DNA of 64,000 nucleotides from Trypanosoma brucei (Eukaryota): NCBI GenBank assembly GCA_000002445.1, contig CP000068.1, positions 512,001 to 576,000 of the forward strand, read 5' to 3'. Shown piece by piece: positions 56,042 to 64,000 of this stretch (position 1 is its first letter; each line of letters starts with the position of its first letter). The notes under the pieces were generated by a model. It saw only the letters and a program-made list of their open reading frames with translations, ran no database searches and was not told where the DNA came from. The position numbers and the translations under genes were made by a program.

Positions 56042-56503
56042 ATGCTTTTTTCCCTTGACGGGCTGCTTGTGTATGGTAACGGGGAAGGTGATGAAAGTGA
56101 ATCCTTACACAGCAACCTTAATGTTTCGGAGGGACGCCAATTAGTTTCATTGTATCGTTTGATGCATCGCCTTCATTGTACGGAGGAACGTGATACGGAG
56201 GAAGAAGGTACTCATCCCGTAGTATTTGCCAAATTTTTGGGAGCACAATGGAATGGGCCGTCGTCGGTGCATGATGATGTTGTGCCAACTGCCGGCGTCA
56301 TTGTTAATAATAACATCAATAGGGCTGCAAATGGCATGGAAGACATGTTTATACGCGAAGGGGCAGATGGTGGCTTCAGTAATGGCGCGTTAACTGTCAG
56401 CACGTCTACGCGAACTCTCGGATGCGTTCAGGTACCGTTGGATGATGCAAATGCCGTTTTGTTCTCGTGCACGGCATCCGATACAATGAGGCGGGAGGTA
56501 TGA
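56042..56503 (+). CDS. hypothetical protein (weak call)
   Basis: The track ORF opens with GTG 56018 (MAFIVVVLMLF..., signal-peptide-like); the first ATG is 56042. A poly-Y tract precedes it. There is no domain. It could be spacer. Confidence 0.25.
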   Translation: MLFSLDGLLVYGNGEGDESESLHSNLNVSEGRQLVSLYRLMHRLHCTEERDTEEEGTHPVVFAKFLGAQWNGPSSVHDDVVPTAGVIVNNNINRAANGMEDMFIREGADGGFSNGALTVSTSTRTLGCVQVPLDDANAVLFSCTASDTMRREV

Positions 56504-57782
56504 TTAGCTAAAGAGGACTCGATGCAAACCAAGACTTCCAATGGATAATACTTTTCCGTTCTTTCTTTCTGTCCATTCAATTTTGTCATTATCTTTTCTT
56601 GTGCCTTTCCCTTTTGTGTCAGTCTGTTTTCGTGTTGGTTTGCGTGCGTTTTCTCTTCTTCTTTCGTTTCGCCTCTATCTTGTTACGTATATATTTGTAT
56701 ATGTTTCTTGTCCTGTTGTTTAGTTTATTCTAATTCCATTTTATTGTATTCCTTTGCTTCTCTTCTCTTTCCTTTTTCTTATTGTTTCTTTCAGTGGTGG
56801 ACAAGTTAAAAAAAAAAAAGAATAGAATAACAAGAAGAAAACAAAGTGAAACAAAAAAAAGGAAAAGGTAAAAGCGGCCGCCCGGCTCTTCCACCGTAGA
56901 GCCCCGTTTTTTTTAATAAAAAGGTTGTCGCTTTCTCTTTGGTTTCTTTTTGCCACTGTTGCTGGGGAAATATTGAACTGTTTTCCCTCTTCTTTTTTTT
57001 TTTCGTATTCCCTCCGTGAGGTTGTAATTCTGTCAACATTTAATATTTTCCGGCTCTTGAGAGAACGCCACCAGTCATATAAATATTTACAATTTTGTTC
57101 AAAAGTAAATCTCTTTTTTTTTTTGCGGTGTGATTTGTAACAAACAACAACAACAAGGAGGGAGGGAGGGAGGGGGGGGGGAAGGTTACTAAAATAGTAG
57201 AGAATTGTGTGTGTGGAACCTCCTGCCCAACTTTAGCCGCATTTTTCTTTTTTACTTTCTCAGTCATTTGTTTTCCCGACTCCGTTTGGTCTTTTTTGTT
57301 TCTTTGTTTTGTTATTATTATCATTATTACCTTAGGTGCCGAAGAGGGACGTACAAGCGCCCCTCTTTTCCCCCCATCAACCCCCCCAAAAAAAAGTGAA
57401 TATTTAAGTTACCAGTACCAACATCAAAAGTGTCATAAAACAGTGAAAGTTTGATTTCAACTAGGCGTGCGTTGCAAGTGGGCAAAGAAAATAAATAAAT
57501 AAATAATAATAGCGAGGAAATATATCGCAGTCCGTGAGGAAAAAAAAACGGTAGAAAAAAACGAAAGAGGTTGGGAGGAACTTAACTGACGCAAAGGAGA
57601 AAAAGGAAAAAGAAAAGAGCAGCGTTCTCCTTAGCCAACACCCTCGTTTACTTATTGGCTCATTTTCTTTTTTTTAAAGAGCTCGTTTTTGTATTTTCAT
57701 TGCTTGAACTACGTTATTATTATTGCAGGCAGTGGAAGAGGAAGGGCGGACGAAAAAAAAAACAAGAAAACAGGACTGAAGC

Positions 57783-57822
57783 ATTTTGGGGATATTTTCT
57801 TTCTTTTTGTTACTCCTTCTGC
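57783..57822 (+). promoter_or_regulatory. poly-pyrimidine tract upstream of the giant repeat-protein gene
   Basis: The sequence attttctttctttttgttactccttctgcac is followed by AG dinucleotides. An in-frame TGA at 57777-57779 and then the first in-frame ATG at 57921 follow. Confidence 0.45.
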
Positions 57823-57920
57823 ACAAGTACGCAACGAAAAACTACGGGGGAAAAAACTGTTTTGTCCATAAATATCAATATAAAAATATATCTGTTGAAA
57901 ACACGTGCATCAGCGTCGTG

Positions 57921-60900
57921 ATGCAACAACAGCAACAACAGAAACACTTGGTAGGCTCCGGCGCTACGAACAACACAATGGGTAGAGTTGATTTCTTACA
58001 ATTACCCGCTTCATGTAATGCTGAAGGCAGCAGCAGGTGGCGTTGGCGGTTTCAAACACAGCAACAGCGGCATCAACACGGTGACAGTGACAGCGGTGAA
58101 GGTGAAGATGGAGGAGTTTTTTATAACGTTCAGAGAGTTGAGGATGATGGGAAGGAGACTGACATCATGTATGTTGCTAAAACTATAGGAAACGAAGTGC
58201 TTCACCATGAAGTAACCCCACGTTACCCAAACAGTCGCAGCTCCATAAATGACGAGTTATCATCTGCGACCGGAAGCAGCAGCAGCAATGATATATGTGA
58301 GGAGCCCCTCCCTCTTTACTTTATCCGTAATGCGGGGAAGCGCAGGATCGGCCCCGTGTGCGAGTCCGTCACGGAGAAAGAACGAACCCACTTTTCCACC
58401 GAGAGTGTCAGAAAAGCCGATATTACCCCGCCTACTGAACCTTTACAGGTGGAAATAATATCAAAACGAACCTCATACATCGGCTTACATGTATTTCAGG
58501 AACAGAATGAGATTGTGGCGCACGTAGAAGAAGAGAAACACAGCAGCGACGATTCCGATTACCGAGAACAACGTGAAGGCGACACCCCAATGGTCCCAAG
58601 CTTTGTGTACTACAGTGCGCCGCGCCGCGGGCAACACACTTCTGAAAGCGAGGAATATGCCACAGAGTTTGATGAGAGTTGCGCACCAGCAACAAACAAT
58701 GAACACCACCACGCGTCACCACTAAAACCAACACTAATAAAAAAACGATGTTATATACCTGTACCCTCACCACCCGAAGGCCATACAAAGGTCAGCATGA
58801 GTTACCATACATCCATACAATCAGCAACACCACCTTCGGAAATAACATCGCCATTGCAAGTTAGCTTTATACGCAGCAAGTTATGCGGTAACTACAGGTC
58901 AGAAGCTGAGGCACAGCTTCCGATGAGTATTGAAGCGATAAAAGGTGCTTTCCAGAGGTCAGATAAGTCAGCAAAAGCAACGCTGCCCCCGTCTATGAGA
59001 CGGCAAGCAAGGGAGTGCAAGCCACAGCGTCAGCAGCAACCTGAATGCTTTCGTGAGCGAAGAGAAGTAAGTTCTTCTTCATCTGAAGACGAATACAACG
59101 GAGTGATGATACCCGCAAAAGAAGGCAGGAGGAATGCACACACATTTAAAAAGGTTAACACTGTCAGAGAACAAGAACACAAAAACGGGGGTCTAAAAGA
59201 AGAGCAACAGATGAGGGAGAGCGATATTCAAAAGAATAGAGCACAACAAGTTGTTTTTGGTTTTATGCCAAAGCAAAATCACAAACACACAGAGGTGCAC
59301 GAAGCATGTGATGAGCAAATGCCAGTGAGTGTGTGTGGTATTCTCGAACAACCACTTTCTATGGCTCATGTGTTTGACAGCTTAATGAAAGATGCGGAGG
59401 TGCACGAAGCATGTGATGAGCAAATGCCAGTGAATGTGTGTGATATTCTCGAACAACCACTTTCTATGGCTCATGTGTTTGACAGCTTAATGAAAGATGC
59501 GGAGGTGCACGAAGCATGTGATGAGCAAATGCCAGTGAATGTGTGTGATATTCTCGAACAACCACTTTCCATGGCTCATGTGTTTGACAGCTTAATGAAA
59601 GATGCGGAGGTGCACGAAGCATGTGATGAGCAAATGCCAGTGAATGTGTGTGATATTCTCGAACAACCACTTTCTATGGCTCATGTGTTTGACAGCTTAA
59701 TGAAAGATGCGGAGGTGCACGAAGCATGTGATGAGCAAATGCCAGTGAGTGTGTGTGATATTCTCGAACAACCACTTTCCATGGCTCATGTGTTTGACAG
59801 CTTAATGAAAGATGCGGAGGTGCACGAAGCATGTGATGAGCAAATGCCAGTGAGTGTGTGTGGTATTCTCGAACAACCACTTTCCATGGCTCATGTGTTT
59901 GACAGCTTAATGAAAGATGCGGAGGTGCACGAAGCATGTGATGAGCAAATGCCAGTGAATGTGTGTGATATTCTCGAACAACCACTTTCTATGGCTCATG
60001 TGTTTGACAGCTTAATGAAAGATGCGGAGGTGCACGAAGCATGTGATGAGCAAATGCCAGTGAATGTGTGTGATATTCTCGAACAACCACTTTCCATGGC
60101 TCATGTGTTTGACAGCTTAATGAAAGATGCGGAGGTGCACGAAGCATGTGATGAGCAAATGCCAGTGAATGTGTGTGATATTCTCGAACAACCACTTTCT
60201 ATGGCTCATGTGTTTGACAGCTTAATGAAAGATGCGGAGGTGCACGAAGCATGTGATGAGCAAATGCCAGTGAGTGTGTGTGATATTCTCGAACAACCAC
60301 TTTCCATGGCTCATGTGTTTGACAGCTTAATGAAAGATGCGGAGGTGCACGAAGCATGTGATGAGCAAATGCCAGTGAATGTGTGTGATATTCTCGAACA
60401 ACCACTTTCTATGGCTCATGTGTTTGACAGCTTAATGAAAGATGCGGAGGTGCACGAAGCATGTGATGAGCAAATGCCAGTGAATGTGTGTGATATTCTC
60501 GAACAACCACTTTCCATGGCTCATGTGTTTGACAGCTTAATGAAAGATGCGGAGGTGCACGAAGCATGTGATGAGCAAATGCCAGTGAGTGTGTGTGATA
60601 TTCTCGAACAACCACTTTCCATGGCTCATGTGTTTGACAGCTTAATGAAAGATGCGGAGGTGCACGAAGCATGTGATGAGCAAATGCCAGTGAGTGTGTG
60701 TGGTATTCTCGAACAACCACTTTCCATGGCTCATGTGTTTGACAGCTTAATGAAAGATGCGGAGGTGCACGAAGCATGTGATGAGCAAATGCCAGTGAGT
60801 GTGTGTGGTATTCTCGAACAACCACTTTCCATGGCTCATGTGTTTGACAGCTTAATGAAAGATGCGGAGGTGCACGAAGCATGTGATGAGCAAATGCCAG

Positions 60901-63900
60901 TGAATGTGTGTGGTATTCTCGAACAACCACTTTCTATGGCTCATGTGTTTGACAGCTTAATGAAAGATGCGGAGGTGCACGAAGCATGTGATGAGCAAAT
61001 GCCAGTGAATGTGTGTGATATTCTCGAACAACCACTTTCCATGGCTCATGTGTTTGACAGCTTAATGAAAGATGCGGAGGTGCACGAAGCATGTGATGAG
61101 CAAATGCCAGTGAGTGTGTGTGGTATTCTCGAACAACCACTTTCCATGGCTGATGTGTTTGACAGCTTAATGAAAGATGCGGAGGTGCACGAAGCATGTG
61201 ATGAGCAAATGCCAGTGAATGTGTGTGGTATTCTCGAACAACCACTTTCCATGGCTCATGTGTTTGACAGCTTAATGAAAGATGCGGAGGTGCACGAAGC
61301 ATGTGATGAGCAAATGCCAGTGAATGTGTGTGATATTCTCGAACAACCACTTTCCATGGCTCATGTGTTTGACAGCTTAATGAAAGATGCGGAGGTGCAC
61401 GAAGCATGTGATGAGCAAATGCCAGTGAGTGTGTGTGGTATTCTCGAACAACCACTTTCTATGGCTCATGTGTTTGACAGCTTAATGAAAGATGCGGAGG
61501 TGCACGAAGCATGTGATGAGCAAATGCCAGTGAGTGTGTGTGGTATTCTCGAACAACCACTTTCCATGGCTCATGTGTTTGACAGCTTAATGAAAGATGC
61601 GGAGGTGCACGAAGCATGTGATGAGCAAATGCCAGTGAATGTGTGTGATATTCTCGAACAACCACTTTCCATGGCTCATGTGTTTGACAGCTTAATGAAA
61701 GATGCGGAGGTGCACGAAGCATGTGATGAGCAAATGCCAGTGAGTGTGTGTGGTATTCTCGAACAACCACTTTCTATGGCTCATGTGTTTGACAGCTTAA
61801 TGAAAGATGCGGAGGTGCACGAAGCATGTGATGAGCAAATGCCAGTGAATGTGTGTGATATTCTCGAACAACCACTTTCTATGGCTCATGTGTTTGACAG
61901 CTTAATGAAAGATGCGGAGGTGCACGAAGCATGTGATGAGCAAATGCCAGTGAATGTGTGTGATATTCTCGAACAACCACTTTCCATGGCTGATGTGTTT
62001 GACAGCTTAATGAAAGATGCGGAGGTGCACGAAGCATGTGATGAGCAAATGCCAGTGAGTGTGTGTGGTATTCTCGAACAACCACTTTCCATGGCTCATG
62101 TGTTTGACAGCTTAATGAAAGATGCGGAGGTGCACGAAGCATGTGATGAGCAAATGCCAGTGAGTGTGTGTGGTATTCTCGAACAACCACTTTCCATGGC
62201 TCATGTGTTTGACAGCTTAATGAAAGATGCGGAGGTGCACGAAGCATGTGATGAGCAAATGCCAGTGAATGTGTGTGATATTCTCGAACAACCACTTTCC
62301 ATGGCTGATGTGTTTGACAGCTTAATGAAAGATGCGGAGGTGCACGAAGCATGTGATGAGCAAATGCCAGTGAGTGTGTGTGGTATTCTCGAACAACCAC
62401 TTTCTATGGCTCATGTGTTTGACAGCTTAATGAAAGATGCGGAGGTGCACGAAGCATGTGATGAAAAAACAATCTTACTTGTTGTGCGTGAGACAAATGT
62501 GGTTGTACATCAACTGTGCGCTGAGAGAGAGCTGTCTCCGCTATTGAGGTTTGGTCGGTATTTGAAGTCGGTTATTGGTACCGTTTGCAGTGTTGTAGGT
62601 GGGGTAGTCGGGTTAGGGACTTTATCTCCCCATCTTTTTAAGGGCTTCGTCGTGGAGGGGAAGAAGACTTCGTGTTTAATACCGAGGGTTTCTGGATATC
62701 CCTTCAAGAAGTGCTCTTACTTACCAAAGGGGTCATTGATGGTTGTTATGTTGATGGATGCTGAAGGGCGGCAGGTCCTCACAAAACATTTCGTATTGAA
62801 TAGTGGTAGCCTTGGTCTTTTCAAGGAATTAACTGTAATGGCAGATGAGGATGCGGCCTCGCGGCAGGACAGGGTGTTGAACGTAAGCCGAAGGTTGCGA
62901 AATGCCGTAAAACTCATTGGTGGTATCGAGGGTTGTGTGAGTGTGGCAGATTCACCTCAGAACCCGGGGAGGTTGAGGCTCCAAGTGATGCCGAGGCACG
63001 TTCGCACCTCCAAGCTGATTTCGTTGTGGGAAGTGAGCGTGATTCCTAGTATAATAATCACCGAAATTGCAAGTAAGCCGGACCTTTTTTTGTTTAGTTT
63101 GAGTGGTGGGATTGCACACTATTCCATGAAAGTCCCCCGTGCCGCATGTAGAGGCGACACGCGTAACATGTCGTGGATTTATGAAAAAGGAGAGATTCAA
63201 ACTGACGCATTGGATAAGCTGTCGGTGCGACGATGCCGACACAGACCCAACTGTGGAGATGGGTTGTCCACCCATTGTTTGACTGTAGAGGCGGTGCAAA
63301 ACCTTATGCACGGTGAAATGGTGGAAGTCGGCCTCGAGCATCTTTCCGGTTCCAAGGGGGAAACGTCGAGGCAAGAGTGCGGTAACTCTTTGACAAATGG
63401 AAGAGGGAGGTCAACCTCATCAGTTGCAATATCTGCAGTACCAGACGTGAGAGAGTCCGCTATCGACGACCAGGTTATGAGGGTGGTGCCGTGGTCGCCA
63501 AGCGCATTCGTGCGTGACCCGATAGTATCGCGGGATCGACGGGTTCTTGGCCACAGCGATGCTCCGCGGCTGTCGCCGTCGTTAGGCTCACTGTCCTTAG
63601 CGACAGGTGAAAGTGACCAGCATCCAGCGCACTGCGCATTGGTACGACTGGGGCCGTTGTCGTCGGCAAAACAGGAAACCAGGACCAACGAAAACCGGGT
63701 GGGGGCACTGCAGGTCGCCGGGGACGACACAAGCTTGAATGGGTTGTATGAACGAAAGAGATTGGGTCTACTGGACTTCGTGCGAGCTGGCAGACCTGAC
63801 GCCCCAAAAACCAAGGTCCTTTCCGACAGAACGCAGAGCGGAAGTGACTCTCCACAAGGAATGGGCGTTCGGCTGCCGCGTACGGCTGTTGCCAGACAAT

Positions 63901-64000
63901 TCCTTCCCGATCGAACGTACGGTGGTGTCGAGAGTGCCATTTTTGGTTGTGATGTGTCTCAGTGGCCTGGTGATTTTGAGAAACGGGAACAGCATTGTCA
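57921..64000 (+). CDS. very large repetitive protein, 3'-truncated by the window end; about 457-aa unique N-terminus, 30 x 35-aa tandem repeats, at least 519-aa unique C-terminal region
   Basis: I translated it by hand in the frame with positions congruent to 0 mod 3. There is an in-frame TGA at 57777, the first ATG at 57921 (MQQQQQQKHLVGSG...), and no stop through 64000. That explains why it is absent from the stop-delimited ORF track. The repeat unit is EVHEAC DEQMPV(S/N)VC(G/D)ILEQPLSMA(H/D)VFDSLMKDA. Confidence 0.75.
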   Translation, partial: MQQQQQQKHLVGSGATNNTMGRVDFLQLPASCNAEGSSRWRWRFQTQQQRHQHGDSDSGEGEDGGVFYNVQRVEDDGKETDIMYVAKTIGNEVLHHEVTPRYPNSRSSINDELSSATGSSSSNDICEEPLPLYFIRNAGKRRIGPVCESVTEKERTHFSTESVRKADITPPTEPLQVEIISKRTSYIGLHVFQEQNEIVAHVEEEKHSSDDSDYREQREGDTPMVPSFVYYSAPRRGQHTSESEEYATEFDESCAPATNNEHHHASPLKPTLIKKRCYIPVPSPPEGHTKVSMSYHTSIQSATPPSEITSPLQVSFIRSKLCGNYRSEAEAQLPMSIEAIKGAFQRSDKSAKATLPPSMRRQARECKPQRQQQPECFRERREVSSSSSEDEYNGVMIPAKEGRRNAHTFKKVNTVREQEHKNGGLKEEQQMRESDIQKNRAQQVVFGFMPKQNHKHTEVHEACDEQMPVSVCGILEQPLSMAHVFDSLMKDAEVHEACDEQMPVNVCDILEQPLSMAHVFDSLMKDAEVHEACDEQMPVNVCDILEQPLSMAHVFDSLMKDAEVHEACDEQMPVNVCDILEQPLSMAHVFDSLMKDAEVHEACDEQMPVSVCDILEQPLSMAHVFDSLMKDAEVHEACDEQMPVSVCGILEQPLSMAHVFDSLMKDAEVHEACDEQMPVNVCDILEQPLSMAHVFDSLMKDAEVHEACDEQMPVNVCDILEQPLSMAHVFDSLMKDAEVHEACDEQMPVNVCDILEQPLSMAHVFDSLMKDAEVHEACDEQMPVSVCDILEQPLSMAHVFDSLMKDAEVHEACDEQMPVNVCDILEQPLSMAHVFDSLMKDAEVHEACDEQMPVNVCDILEQPLSMAHVFDSLMKDAEVHEACDEQMPVSVCDILEQPLSMAHVFDSLMKDAEVHEACDEQMPVSVCGILEQPLSMAHVFDSLMKDAEVHEACDEQMPVSVCGILEQPLSMAHVFDSLMKDAEVHEACDEQMPVNVCGILEQPLSMAHVFDSLMKDAEVHEACDEQMPVNVCDILEQPLSMAHVFDSLMKDAEVHEACDEQMPVSVCGILEQPLSMADVFDSLMKDAEVHEACDEQMPVNVCGILEQPLSMAHVFDSLMKDAEVHEACDEQMPVNVCDILEQPLSMAHVFDSLMKDAEVHEACDEQMPVSVCGILEQPLSMAHVFDSLMKDAEVHEACDEQMPVSVCGILEQPLSMAHVFDSLMKDAEVHEACDEQMPVNVCDILEQPLSMAHVFDSLMKDAEVHEACDEQMPVSVCGILEQPLSMAHVFDSLMKDAEVHEACDEQMPVNVCDILEQPLSMAHVFDSLMKDAEVHEACDEQMPVNVCDILEQPLSMADVFDSLMKDAEVHEACDEQMPVSVCGILEQPLSMAHVFDSLMKDAEVHEACDEQMPVSVCGILEQPLSMAHVFDSLMKDAEVHEACDEQMPVNVCDILEQPLSMADVFDSLMKDAEVHEACDEQMPVSVCGILEQPLSMAHVFDSLMKDAEVHEACDEKTILLVVRETNVVVHQLCAERELSPLLRFGRYLKSVIGTVCSVVGGVVGLGTLSPHLFKGFVVEGKKTSCLIPRVSGYPFKKCSYLPKGSLMVVMLMDAEGRQVLTKHFVLNSGSLGLFKELTVMADEDAASRQDRVLNVSRRLRNAVKLIGGIEGCVSVADSPQNPGRLRLQVMPRHVRTSKLISLWEVSVIPSIIITEIASKPDLFLFSLSGGIAHYSMKVPRAACRGDTRNMSWIYEKGEIQTDALDKLSVRRCRHRPNCGDGLSTHCLTVEAVQNLMHGEMVEVGLEHLSGSKGETSRQECGNSLTNGRGRSTSSVAISAVPDVRESAIDDQVMRVVPWSPSAFVRDPIVSRDRRVLGHSDAPRLSPSLGSLSLATGESDQHPAHCALVRLGPLSSAKQETRTNENRVGALQVAGDDTSLNGLYERKRLGLLDFVRAGRPDAPKTKVLSDRTQSGSDSPQGMGVRLPRTAVARQFLPDRTYGGVESAIFGCDVSQWPGDFEKREQHC
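59292..62441 (+). repeat. tandem array of 30 near-identical 105-bp units (coding, 35 aa each), followed by a truncated 31st unit
   Basis: The period is exactly 105 bp, and 62442 equals 59292 plus 30 x 105. Units differ only at about 4 positions (aat/agt, gat/ggt, tct/tcc, cat/gat). This is not a CRISPR array: there are no unique spacers, and the period is continuous and in-frame. Confidence 0.95.

Noticed and set aside
59464-62400. Ten minus-strand ORFs (68-173 aa, MVVREYHTHSLAFAHHMLRAPPHLSL...) tiling the 105-bp array.
   Set aside because: They are the reverse-complement reading of the + strand repeat gene. They are interrupted by TAG wherever the + strand carries a synonymous tct codon. 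They have no independent start context and are mirror artefacts.
59292-62441. Regularly spaced near-identical repeats superficially reminiscent of a CRISPR array.
   Set aside because: The context is eukaryotic. There are no unique spacers. The 105-bp period is continuous and in-frame and encodes a 35-aa protein repeat.
1-64000. Bacterial-style promoters, Shine-Dalgarno sites, rho-independent terminators, operons, mobile elements.
   Set aside because: Gene structure, spacer composition and gene content indicate a kinetoplastid nuclear polycistron, and those feature classes do not apply. I saw no inverted-repeat-flanked or transposase-encoding element. No retrotransposon-like ORF (ingi/SLACS-type reverse transcriptase) was found.

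Overview
This window looks like a nuclear chromosome segment from a kinetoplastid, most probably Trypanosoma brucei. The evidence for that is indirect. About 23 protein-coding genes all sit on the + strand, which fits a single polycistronic transcription unit. Genes are separated by 0.5-4.5 kb of AT/pyrimidine-rich spacer with (TA)n, (TG)n, (ATT)n and (AGGAG)n tracts. Poly-pyrimidine tracts followed by AG lie upstream of most ATGs, as expected for trans-splicing signals. A tandemly duplicated gene matches the lysosomal membrane glycoprotein p67 (a phospholipase-B-like protein), including the cytoplasmic tail RRRTEEDELLPEEAEGLIDPQN that I recall for T. brucei p67. Bacterial feature types (operons, sigma promoters, rho-independent terminators, CRISPR) do not apply. 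The supplied ORF track opens ORFs at TTG/GTG/CTG; for a eukaryote I moved those starts to the first in-frame ATG. Recognisable products are a MAPR/cytochrome-b5-like protein, a DYRK-family kinase, a PP2C phosphatase, a WD40 protein, an RPA2-like OB-fold protein, an ICME-like alpha/beta-hydrolase, an RluA-type pseudouridine synthase, two PPR-like proteins, a ribosomal P1/P2-family acidic protein, and two p67 copies. There are also many trypanosomatid-type hypothetical proteins. Two findings stand out. First, a very large + strand ORF runs from 57921 past the end of the window and is absent from the ORF track because it has no stop in the window. It contains 30 near-identical 105-bp (35-aa) tandem repeats at 59292-62441. 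The short - strand ORFs listed there are mirror artefacts. Second, a roughly 2.85-kb block is duplicated about 4.07 kb apart (48905-51750 and 52975-55818). The two p67 copies are nearly identical except for a replaced cassette of about 120 bp encoding the juxtamembrane stem and transmembrane helix. An acidic ribosomal P-protein gene sits between the copies.
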